Assembly (NCBI GenBank): GCA_965649825.1
Contig: OZ287703.1
Coordinates: forward strand, 615,722 to 679,721
DNA: 64,000 bases
Direction of reading: 5' to 3'
Origin: Penicillus capitatus
Lineage: Eukaryota > Plantae > Chlorophyta
Below are positions 39,062 to 50,272 of this stretch, in pieces. The number at the start of each line of letters is the position of its first letter. The first letter of the stretch is position 1. Under the pieces are notes generated by a model. It had not been told where the DNA came from and searched no databases. It saw only the letters and a list, made by a program, of their open reading frames with translations. Both the position numbers and the translations under genes were made by a program.

Positions 39062-41266
39062 ATGAGTACAAAAGAGACGCAAGATAAGGAATCGGCAACG
39101 GACGTCGACGAGGAGGAGACTTCGGTTTCGAGCTATGCCTCTCCAAAGGATCACATCTCGGTGTCATCCGGCTGCTCTGACCTTCATTCGCTGACACAAG
39201 CGAACGGCGACGACGACGCTCCGGCGCTGGAAAGACTGACACGAGAAGAAACGTCTGAGGTGGATGAGATGGTGCAAGGCGGAGAGAATGAAGACGACAA
39301 CAATGCGCCGAATCCTTCGCCATCGTCCTCTGAGGAAGTTGGTGCGAAGCTGAGGAGGTGAAGGAGGTGTTGACAGCCTTGCTGTGCAGAACGCGCTGTC
39401 AATGGAATGCAAGCGTTCTCGATGAATGAGGATGATGATTTTGGAGTGGAAGATATCGAAGAGCCTTGTCTGACGGATGAGTTGTCCTACGCTCACCGTC
39501 CCAAAGAATCGACGCCCACTCGGAAGTCTTTGTCCCCTGCGGCACGGGAACTGACAACAGAGGTAGCTCAGATGTGATAGGAGAAAAGAGGTGCGATGAT
39601 GTGACGTTTGTTATCAAGGGTGTACCGAAAGCGGATGGAAGATTTGCACGTTCTTTGTCTGGACTGACGGCCGAGGTGTTGGGCGACGAGGGTCGGATGA
39701 ATTCGCCCTTGGATGACGAGGTCTGGCGAAAACAGGAAAAACACTTCTTCATTCTGAGCAGCGCAGGGAAGCCCATCTACAGCAGGTTGAATCGAAGGGG
39801 TGAGAGTGAGACTCGAGATGGATGACGCGTGTGTGTCTTAGACATGGAGATGAGGGGGCGCTTTGTGGGATGATGGCCATCTTGGAGGCGATCGATTCTG
39901 TCGTCCATTCAAAAAACGAAATGCCGATATCGATCGTCGATGGCCCTGTGAAAATCGTGTTTCTCTCGAAGGAACCGATTGTCTTGGTTGGAGTATCCAG
40001 GAAGAAGGAATCGATCAAGTGGATCCTGAAGCAGCTCGATTACCTCTATCATCACGTATGGGAGAGAGGCTGTGTCTGCACCAACACACAGTATTGTTGC
40101 TTAGATGCTGTGTCTGGCAACGGGTGCGCTGTTGCGTGTGCTCAAACAGAATCCGGGTCAAGATATCCGTAATCTTCTCAAAGGCAGCGCCCAGTTGACG
40201 GAAGGACTGATCCAGGACTTTGATCTCAATCCTGGTCTCTTTCTGGAATCGTTCTTCCCTGTGCGCATGCTCAAAGGCATTCGATACAATGCCATCTCTG
40301 CCTTGTCAGAAGCGGCCAAGGTAAAACACTTAGCACGTAGACAAATCCACTGACCAATGATTTCTGTGCCATATAGCTGTGCCAGGCGCGAACGAGTTTT
40401 TTGCTGTTCGATGGCCAAGTGGTCTGCATGACACAAGAGAGTGGGAGTTCTCTAGAAGTGATCGATATGTTGCTTCTACTGAATTTCGTTCTCTCCAATC
40501 AGCTCTACCGCTCTCAGGCTGCTGCTGAATTCAATGCACCTGTCTGCATGCCCCATCTACACGAAACGGCCTTTCTGCATGCCTACATCTATTTTATAGA
40601 AAAAGATCCCGATCTGGTCGTTGTGCTCCTCATGACACAGCCAGATACTTTTCACGTGGCATCCGAGGCACGGAAGAAGATGGAGAAACGTTTGCGGGAG
40701 GTCGGCGTTGTCCATTCGCTCCGATCGAAGAAAACAGGATCGTGCATTTTCGACAAGGGCCAAGTCCTGATGGAGGAATTGCCCTTGGCTGCAGGCAGAA
40801 GTGACAAGACAGGCAAATCCTTTGTTGATGGAGACGTGTGTAGGCGGTGGCCGTCGTGATCTCTCAGCCGTTCAAACATTCCTCTTTCATCGAAGACACA
40901 GCACCTGTCCTCAGTACATCCTCTGTCAACCCTCTCCCCTACTCGCAGCAAACGGCTGGAGAGATGTCATGAACACCATTGCCAGCATTCACTCTGAGCT
41001 CCCAGACGGCAAGAAAACCGCCGCCAACAAGGTCCCGCACGTCACATCACACAGTACTGTACCCTAACGTTGTTCTCTAGATCTATTGGCACATGGACGG
41101 TCGCCATTCCATTCTCTATGAAAGCAACAGCGAATGGGAGATGTATTTGGTCTGCGATGCCTTGACGATGAAGGAACACGCGTCAACGATTGGCAAACAG
41201 ATCGTGCGCTTTCTGATGACGGATCAAGTGAAGGATGAGCTCTTCATGATCACAGATGAAAAATAG
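39062..41266 (+). CDS. MON1: Vacuolar fusion protein Mon1 (Rab7 GEF subunit)
   Basis: Acidic N-terminus; [45 protein letters not shown]; multi-exon, ends DELFMITDEK*. Confidence 0.92.
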
Positions 41267-41285
41267 GACCACCCTCGGCATCATC

Positions 41286-42016
41286 TCAGAACTTCGTCAG
41301 CAGATGCATTGTCAGTCGACACGTTCCTTTGACTGCTGCACCGACGCCTTGTGACAGGGAGAGTTCCTCGATGCGTTGGAGATTCTGTAGATCTGGTGGC
41401 GCCGTGGCACCCTCTGGGACGCGTATCTCGTCACGTAACTTCACGAACAACTCCTTTAATCTAGCTTCTCTGCATGGGTGATCACGACAATGTCTCTCAA
41501 ATAACGGAGCGACCGATCAAGGGTGGTACCTTTGAGCGGGTTGAAGCTCAAGCACTGTCCGGATGTGGTCATTGTATCCATCCGATACAGAATCTTGCAA
41601 CGCGCCGTAGATGGCCATTCGCAGAGATTTGGGAGCGTGGACGACGGCGGCGCCAAATAAGAATCCTGCTGGCCGTAACAGAGGCACCAGAGCCGAGATC
41701 GGTGCATCGTGGTGCCGATGCAGATCCTTGATCTGGGAGAGATGCTCCGAAGCCATGCTACGAAAATGCTGTGCGTCGATGCGCCCTCCGAGGGACCATT
41801 CCTGCCCTTCCATGAAACTACACATGGTCTCCTGATCACACATCACTCTTTGATGCAACACCGCTTTCGCTGCTGCGGTACCTCTGTCGCATGGCTCACA
41901 CGTAGACAGGTCAAGAGAGCATCCGACAGGGTCTTGCCATTTTCAACCTGGGCACAGAAGCGACGCCTCAGTGTGGACCACCCGAACGCACGGCGGCCGA
42001 TCGAAATGGTCAACAT
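41286..42016 (-). CDS. COQ7-like (ferritin-fold) mitochondrial protein with degenerate metal ligands
   Basis: Mitochondrial-type presequence; LRVSHATEETMCSFMEGQ aligns to COQ7 RVDHAGE...GQ; SALVPLLRPAGFLFGA, YNDHIR and LRDE follow the COQ7 pattern; two introns. Confidence 0.78.
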
Positions 42017-42067
42017 GGATGGTTCTTAATGCCCATCACGTCTGTCGATCGTCAGAGACGACGTCCA

Positions 42068-43073
42068 ATGGCGATGTCCGACGATGGGGAGTTCGATTTC
42101 GACAGCGACGACGATGCATTCGCTTCTGTGCGCATCGTCCTGTCGCATGAGATCCTAGTCAGACGTGCTCTTCCCTTCATAGGCCATATCGCATCGCATC
42201 GACAGACAAGAGTGTATGGAAGAGGGTCCATCCCGTGCTGTCGCTGTCGCGGAATCGGCAGCGCTGAAACCGAGAACGGTGCGTGCATGGGATGAGGAAG
42301 ATCTCCCAGAGTCTTTCAAAAACCTCTTTCTCTTTGTTAACGCATACGAGCCACAACAACGCGCCATCCATGCCGTCGCCAAACCGTTCATCCCTGATTA
42401 TCTGCCTGCCTTTGGAGACGTGGACGATTTCATCAAAGTTCCGCGTCCAGATCAGTGTGCCGAACACCTGGGGATCGAGGTCGCAGTGGATCTGATGATC
42501 GATGATCGATCGGATGGCGATGGCATCTCAGGTGCTGGATGAACCATGCACGAGACAATCGGATCCATCTCTTCTCGAACTGAAGCTGCGTTCCTTCTTT
42601 GCACAGACAGGCTCGTTCGATGTGCGGAAGATCGCACAGAGCGATTCTCAAAGAATGCCAAAGATTGATGACTGGGTACAGGTAAAATGCTTCAGCGCCA
42701 GCCATTTGGTCCAAAGAGAGATTTCAGACAGTGACAGAGATCCACGCAAGGGAACAGATGCAGAGCGTGGTCTATCAGAATCCGATGCCCAGTGTGGAGG
42801 CATTGATGAAACAATGGCCAGATCAAACGGCAGATCTGATCAGCGCCATGGATTTCTCGATTGGTCGGCACATGGTTAGCAGATCATCGGATTGCGGTCT
42901 CAGAGATCGTGTTCTGTGTCTGGCAGGACATGGAGCTCGAAGAAGCGATCGTGTTGCTCTGTGCACTTGTGCAGATTCCTGTCTTTCCTTCCTGTCTCAA
43001 TGACGCATTACACGTTCTGTTTTCTCTTCTCATAGAGTTACAATCTAATCCCTATATCGAGAGGTGTGAATAA
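42068..43073 (+). CDS. IFT46: Intraflagellar transport protein 46
   Basis: Acidic N-terminus; KPFIPDYLPAFGDVDDFIKVPRPD, VLDEPCTRQSDP, MPSVEALMKQWP, LHVLFSLLIEL. Confidence 0.92.
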
Positions 43074-43095
43074 AATGATCAGACCATGTTCTTTG

Positions 43096-44349
43096 TCATC
43101 TCTTGTATTGTGCGATCTGTTCAAAGACTTTGAAGAGAATGTCTGCTGGACTCGTGCCTCGGATGTGACAAATCTGTCCTCCCTGTTCGACAAACCCCGC
43201 CAGACTCTCCGTTTTGTGAAAGCATCGATCCAAGTGTTGCTGTCGATCACAGATTTCGGCATCCAGATCAAACAGTTCCAAGGATGGCGGTTCGACTCCT
43301 GGACCGGGCATTGGGAAAACAGCCGGGCGCAGCGCAGGCGTGGGAGTCCAGAACTGCGGTGCAATGATCGAGAGATTTGTTCGAGGGACTCCCAATTCTT
43401 CACACAACTGCTTCACTCTTAAGCACACATCCAGATCAAACGCATGCAGCGCTGTGCAGAACTCGAGCCCCGGCTTCTGTTTTCTAAGCTGCATGTGGAA
43501 TCGTGGCATATCAGCCATAGCAGATATATCCGGACGGTATCGATTCGACAGAGTGGAAGATGGGGTCGATTCCGGAACCCGGATCGCTTTCGCATCAGAA
43601 AGAAGCCAGTCGAGCAGATGATCCATGAACACCGCATTCGAGCGTTGCTCAAACCACTTGTCCACAACGATGGAAGCACATCCCAACACTAACAGCTTTC
43701 CTCTCTTCTCACAAACCGCCCCTATAACTCATACTCGCCATGCATCCTCAGGCATCGAGCAGAGACCGATCGCCGTGTGAGGTGGAAAGCAAAGAGCATC
43801 TGTTTTGAGAAGTGCCGCGGCTGGATGGCTGATCGCTAATGGAGAGACGGCTGGTAGCACGATGCCGAGTGGCAGATCGACGGAGGGGAGGCCTATGAGA
43901 TGCGGTGCGTCAAGGACGACCTGCTGAGGATGGTTGGTGTCGGGGTGAGGGGTGACACTCACAATAGCCTCTCCACGAAATTCAATGCCATACGTCATCA
44001 GCCATCCATTCCATTCCTCCATCCCTCTCTCCATCAACACCATCCACCGAACGCCACGGTGTTCCAAAGATGCCGTCCAGTTTTCGATGTCGACTGGCGA
44101 ACAGCGCCAGATCGATGCACAAACGCACAGGCAATCTTCGGGTCGCATCTCCTCCACCCGGAGCCTCTCCATGGCAACGTGCTCCACAATAAGATCCTTC
44201 TTGAGTGTCTTTATCCATTTTTTCATGCGTTTCCGCCTCGTCGTCCATTCGGACGCGTCCTGGTAAAGGAAGAAGAGTCGAGGGGTTGGACGCGGGACCT
44301 AAGAAATGCATTCGGCCCTGTCTGCCGTCGTGTGACATAGACTTACCAT
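43096..44349 (-). CDS. IFT52: Intraflagellar transport protein 52 (divergent)
   Basis: ATG-only first exon then a gtaagt intron; GKLLVLGCASI..DKWFEQRSNAVFMDHLLDWL, PQFWTPTPALRPAVFP, PPSLELFDLD, DILFKVFEQIAQYK. Confidence 0.8.
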
Positions 44350-44409
44350 TCAGCGAAAAAGAGTCAATATCATTGGATGGGGCATTTGTTACGGACATTA
44401 GCCTCATCC

Positions 44410-45508
44410 ATGACGGGTTCGTGGTACCTGGCACGCCACGGCAACATCTACGTCTATCTCCCAAATCTCATCGGCACGCTCGTTTGGCATCGCTTTAGCT
44501 GCTTGGCATACAGCCTTGGTGGCAGGTTATCTGAGATTGGCCTGTGCACTCTACGCCTTCTACATCTCACGGCAACACCCCTACATCTGTGTCATCTCCT
44601 ATCTCGTGGGGTACTGCACGCCAATGCCGACCTCTTCTATGACGTCACTGAGTTTCTCTGCATTCAGTTTTGTTTGCGATGATTTGGATGGAAGAGTGGC
44701 TCGGTGGTTGGATCAGACATCTGTCCTGGGCGTGGTGCTGGATATGGTGACGGACAGGTGAGATCACTCTCTGGCATCTCTGCCATGCTGCATGTATACG
44801 CGACACATCTTACACGTATGCAGATTGTCGACAGCAGGGTTGTTTGTGCTGTTGTCCATGATATACCAGGAATGGTTCTTTGTGTTCGTTCTGTTGCTGA
44901 TGTTGGACATCTCCAGTCACTGGTCGCAAATGTACTACGTCCTGACGACCGGGAAAACGTCACATAAAGTACAGACAGATGATGTGACAGTTGTGCATGT
45001 CTTCTGTGCAGGAGGTGACAAGCAAGAGCTGGTTAGTACGTTCATATTATCGCTATCGTATCTTCATGGGAATCTGCTGCATCAGCTGCGAAGTGCTATA
45101 CCTATCGGTGCGTCCAATACCTATCATCCCCTTCCTCATCGATTCCGATTGCTCCAGCTCTATCTGATGCATTGGGCAGGTCCATCAGATGTCGAGTTCT
45201 TCGTGTTTGTTCGTGTTCTGAACCTTCAGATTCTCTTGCCCAATCGTAATCTGTCCTTTTCACATCTGTACGGGATGGATGTCGTTCCTGTCACAGATGC
45301 GGCCATCCATCGCGTGCCCTATGTCTGCTGGATCGCCGTTTTGGCATTCCCTGGATTCTTGATGAAACAGGTATGGCTGCCGTTATGCATGACAGATGGG
45401 CGATAGCGTATGTCCCAGGTGATCAATCTCTTTCAACTAAAGAACGCAATGATTGGACTTGTAAGGCACGAGCTTCGTTCAAGAGCAGAAAACCATAAAC
45501 TACATTAG
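44410..45508 (+). CDS. PIS1: Phosphatidylinositol synthase (CDP-alcohol phosphatidyltransferase)
   Basis: IYVYLPNLIGYLR, DDLDGRVARWLDQTSVLGVVLDMVTDR (CDP-OH motif), LDISSHWSQMY. Confidence 0.93.
44474..44525 (+). other. GC-AG intron in PIS1
   Basis: ATC G|gcacgc...tggcag|GT TAT restores the conserved PNLIGYLR; 52 nt. Confidence 0.8.
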
Positions 45509-46074
45509 TCCTCAAGTGCGGCATTGAGATCAATGCTTGCTGTTCTTGATAGAGGAACGCCTTCTGTTTGCTGACCCTGCCTGCATGGATAGACATCTGG
45601 CTTCTCATTGAAAATGCGCGACATGATTCGAATCCCATACCTTCTGTCCGATGGCGAGCAGCACCACATAGCACGATACTCCTCTATCCGCTGTGCAATT
45701 CCGGCATCGGTATCCGAATGGTGTCAGGTTGACAAGGGAGGAAGTGTCGTTTTGGTTTACTGCTGGATCGCTCAGCTGACATCTCTACATTCCTGATGCA
45801 ACAGATACGGCTGCGCTCGCATTAAGACATGGAAGGGTTCGCTGCAACGGGGAGCGATGCTCAGCAGCTGAGGAATGCGACGGTTGGATGCTCGTGTGTG
45901 TTCTCACTCTGATGACAAGGAGTGAGATGGTAGCAGGTCTTCATACAATCAACTAACAAACAGCAACTGTACATATTCTTCATAAACTGACCTAGTTTAT
46001 CAGCTAATAAGGCATTCATTCAATGGTGGGCCATACCAGAGATTTTCAAAACATTCACAAATCGCACCCACAGG

Positions 46075-47992
46075 TCATTCCGACTCGCACTTTTCGTAGA
46101 GATCAGGCTCTGCAAAAACCTTCTGCAGAAAATCTTGAAGAGAAGCAGATGACAGGACATCTGCGAAGGGACTATATTGCAAAAATGGATCGTGTCTCTT
46201 GTAGGTCGGAACAGCAAAGCCATGAAGCGTTCCGCCATAGTTGGTAAACTCCCACGTCACATTCATTCCTGTATTGTGATCAAAGAATTCGTTAATTGCT
46301 TTCTTCGTGACCGACAAGTCATTCGCTCCGTTGAGGACGAGAAGAGAGACGGGCTGGCATTCGGCATTGGATTGCGTTTCTGGGATCAGAATTCCAGCAT
46401 GGAGCGTGACGACGCCCTTGAGGCCAGGAATGTCAGCAGCAGCGCCTTCCAAAACACCTGAGCCGCCAAAACAGTACCCAACCATCGCGATGCGTGTCAG
46501 ATCCACATCGACGCGTCCAGATTCCACGACGGCGTCGATGGCAGATGTCAGGCGACTGACGAAGGGTCTGCCTTCATACGTCTGTGTTAAGAGCTGTCGC
46601 TCGGTGATGGACAGACTGTCCCCTTGTTCGATATCCGCTCCAAAGATATCTGTCGCCAACGCTGCGTAGCCCATATGTGCAAAGAGCTTGGCTCTCCAAA
46701 ATTCATACTCCGCAATGCCATCCCAGTCTGGAGCAACGAGAACCAGCGGTAAGGGACCGTCAGTTTGTGGATTGAGTGGATAGGCAAGGTAGCTTCGGAG
46801 TTCGTCCTTGCCATCCTTGTACGCGATAAACTCAAGTCCAAGCTCATCGTTGTTGACATTTGTATCGTTAAACGGCTCCGAGAGATACTCCAGCTGATCT
46901 GGATCGAAAGCCGTGCTTAAGAATGCTAGATACAGATGTCCATCGAGTGGGGCTTTGGGGAAACGAAAGAGTACTTGTCATAAGCGAAATCGATCGTTCT
47001 GTGGACACTATATCGGTGAGTATATCTGCATCTGCCGTGGAGAAGCGCGTCACTTCGTACGATGCATTGACCAAACGCAGTTCGTTTTCAAAAAAGAAGA
47101 TCTGGTTGCTTAGGACGGGGCCGTTGTGGCTGAGATACAGAGCGATGGATGTCTTTCCGATGAATGGCAGTCCTGAGAAGCCAGTCAACGACGTTGGCGA
47201 GAGAGCAACGACTGCTTCCACATCCTACACAGCGCTATCAAGTCTCCACTGCATCGAAACGCGCGAGACAACACCAGGGCGCCAATTCTTGCAGCTTCAA
47301 GTGCTAGCGTTGCGCCGAGGCCATGGCCCACGACAGCAGTGTCGCTGTCCAAGAAGAGAGGATTGCTGCCGAGGATGCGCGCCGCCATTGTCGGATGATC
47401 GATCAGACTCTCAGGATCCTCTTTCATGGCATCTATAGAGAAGAGGTGTCACGCGAGAGCGCGAAAAGAGTGACCGAAGAAGTGTGACCCGTGAAGGTCT
47501 TGGGACTACGGAAGGCGCCGTAATCATCGATCATTGCCACCGTATATCCCTGGCGTGTTAGATGGGTGATGACTGCCAACTCGCTCTCGACATTGGCACC
47601 GAAAGGATCTGCCAAAAACGTCACCAATGGATTCCCCTCTGCATCACACGTGTGAGATGGACGACATTTCTCTGATCATTTTTCCGACAACCTGCAGCGC
47701 CGTTTGAAAACAGCGTTCCCTCGTAATCTCGTCCGTTCAGGTTGTAGGTAAACGCATCCTGCGGTACACATCTCCCATCGTCTATCTTTCTTTCACCGAT
47801 GTCCGTTACGTACTGAAAGAAGACCATCGACATCGGGTTCCGGCGCCGGGGCCAATGGGTGACCGTAACACGACACGCAGGCCTATGATAAAGGGAAGGT
47901 ATGGGGAGAGGCTATGGGTAACGCGGCAGGACCGAGAGAAGAATGATCAACGACCAGAGGTGCGACATCGGATCGAACAAACGTTTCACCAT
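46075..47992 (-). CDS. Secreted tandem dienelactone-hydrolase-like protein (degenerate domain 1, intact domain 2)
   Basis: Signal peptide MSHLWSLIILLSACVSCYG (start 47992 or 47968); domain 1 VVGHGLGA; domain 2 LVAPDWDGI, GYCFGG, NGAND, LHGF. Confidence 0.82.
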
Positions 47993-48202
47993 TGGCTTCC
48001 AAAAAGACTCTTTTCTACTATGCGTGATGGGACAACGTCCTATTTTTTGTACCAGAAGCTTCATGACAAGTCACCCCTCTTCTGTTCGGATGGAACAAGC
48101 GTTTTCGTTGGTGGCTTCCAAAAGACTGTTCTCTGCTGCGCGTGATGCGACAACATCTTATTTTCTATACCAGAAGCTTCGTGACAGCTCGCCCTCCTGT
48201 AG
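47968..48202. repeat. Two-copy degenerate tandem repeat, period ~119 bp
   Basis: gatcgaacaaacgttt..tggcttccaaaaagact...taccagaagcttcatgaca versus gatggaacaagcgttt..tggcttccaaaagact...taccagaagcttcgtgaca. Confidence 0.85.
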
Positions 48203-48611
48203 CTGTGCTGCACGATAGTGGCAGCTGATGATGACAACACCACCTGTCTTGAAGCGAACGGCGTTTGCGTTTCGTCGGTCGTTCAGTATGAGATGGCAAT
48301 GACTGCTCCGTTGACTCGGCAAAGATCCCTTGATAGGTCGTTCGATTCTCAACGGGAAGTCTGTACCGTTCGGTCCATTCATATTTGGAAACAAAATCGT
48401 TCGACTTCACCTTGCTCTATCTGCTTGATGTTATTGCTAGTACTTTCACAAAGTGCGGCAGTCTTTTCGGCGTCGCGTCGACTGATGTGATTGCTGCGCT
48501 TCCGATGCGATCCTGCACCTTCCGACAAACCGCCCACGGGATAGGAAGGTTCACAGACGAGAGTTTTAAAGGAGTCTGAATTCGTGTGACGAGATTTGAG
48601 GGAAAGATGGG

Positions 48612-50143
48612 TCAAGCGACGTATAGAGCAAAAAAGGTGATCCACAATGTGATGGGCACGATCGCTGCGACATACATCCCGACAATGGCTCGGGCGACGC
48701 CTGGCACGAGATGGCGGGTCTCGGGTTGAAGCTCGAGCACGACGACTGAGTTTTGAGCAGATGGCATGACGCTCATGATCAGCACAGTCATGCGCGATAG
48801 GGTATCATTGAGTGAAATCCACCCAAGGCGTGTGATGCAGATGAGCGACAGCCAACCGACAAGTGGCATGATGAGAAAACGCACAAGCGCTGCGCCAATG
48901 AGGATGCTGGACTCGACCGTCATTCTCGGAATCGAGAGAGGCAACGATCGTGACGTCTCGGTGTCTGAGATGCATAGAACAGAGAGTGAAGGAGAAAAGG
49001 AGAGGGGATACCTGTCTTCGACGCATCGAAGCTGAAAGCTGCGCCCAGGACAATGGCTTGCACTGCAATGCCTGCCATGGCGATGGTTCTGATGACGTCC
49101 AAAACGGGACGGGCTATTTCTGTGAGGCAACGTTGAAGTAAGGGACCGTTCGAAGAGTCACCGGACAGCAAAGCTCGACCCAACGGCAGACTGGTGAACA
49201 GGAAGGCTGTTACGAGCGCCATGGTAGGTGGATTGACAATGCGTTTGAGACTCTTCATCAGCTGGAAGCTGCCTGAAAGTCAAAGTCACTCTTGAAAGAG
49301 TGAGAACAGTAAATGGCGTACGAGGCTGTTTGGTGGCTGCGCCGCCCAAAAAGAACTGCGAGGCGAATGGACCAAAAGTCCAGAAGAAAGGTGACCAGCC
49401 AACCACGCAGAAAGCGATGTAGCCAATGGCCAGTTCGGCCTGTGCGGGATACAGGGTTGTGAGAAACAAGACTGGCAATGTCCAGACATTGCCGAAAGCA
49501 GATAGTAGCATCGATAGTAAGCCCAGTTCTTCATGTTTGGCCCCATCGGAGTGATGCGAACGATTCTCCGCCTTTCATGCATGACTCTCGTGCTACACGC
49601 CCAAAGAAACGACGGATAGCTCACTGTGGATGCAGAGATTTGCCGAGTGGGCATGATCCATGTGATCAGACGCCAGGATAGCCAGCCAAGGAAAGCGCCA
49701 ACCAAAATCTGATGTGACAGCGCTTAAGTATGGGATTCTTTACCGGAGAGATCCATACTTGAAAGATCATGGCGACGGAGAGACCGATAAGGGAGTATGG
49801 CGCTTTCATCGTTGTGAGCAAAGATGTGAGCCGTGTGAACGACAAGCACGGGATCACCAGTTCATAGGAGAGCTATATCCATGTCTCCACAGGTCTCTCG
49901 TCCATTCAGCCGCACTTTGCTTAACGCGGTTGACGAATTGCCCGGAATGCGACCCGTCTGTGTCAGAAACCGGATGACGCCGCAGATGAGGGCGAGTTTG
50001 GCGACCGTTGCCACAACGCCGAAGAAGACGCCAGTTTCAAAACCCGTCGGTTGAGCAACCGCTCCGTTTATCGGCCATGATACTCTTATGGACCCATTGT
50101 CCACTGGAGGATTCAGTCGATGCCACCGTCGTTTACGGATCAT
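48612..50143 (-). CDS. AEC/PIN-LIKES (PILS) family membrane transporter
   Basis: About 10 TM segments in two blocks; LVIPCLSFTRL, AFGNVWTLP, IVNPPTMA, LVRFLIMPLVG, MPSAQNSVV. Confidence 0.8.
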
Positions 50144-50272
50144 ACGCGTCTTGTTTCCTACTGTGTGATCTATGGGGGAAACATGACAGGGTTTGGCTCG
50201 AAAGGATCGACAGATGTTTAGGAACATGAATTCAACAACGTTGTTGGTACGTTCGGTAGTCGAATCTTGTGC

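Noticed and set aside
43729-43731. In-frame TGA between two IFT52 ORF segments (possible Sec or readthrough)
   Set aside because: A 39-nt GT-AG intron (43766-43728) removes it in frame, and IFT52 is not a known selenoprotein
48218-48579. Small plus-strand ORFs between the DLH and PILS genes
   Set aside because: No consistent spliced model or homology; they overlap the likely PILS 3' UTR
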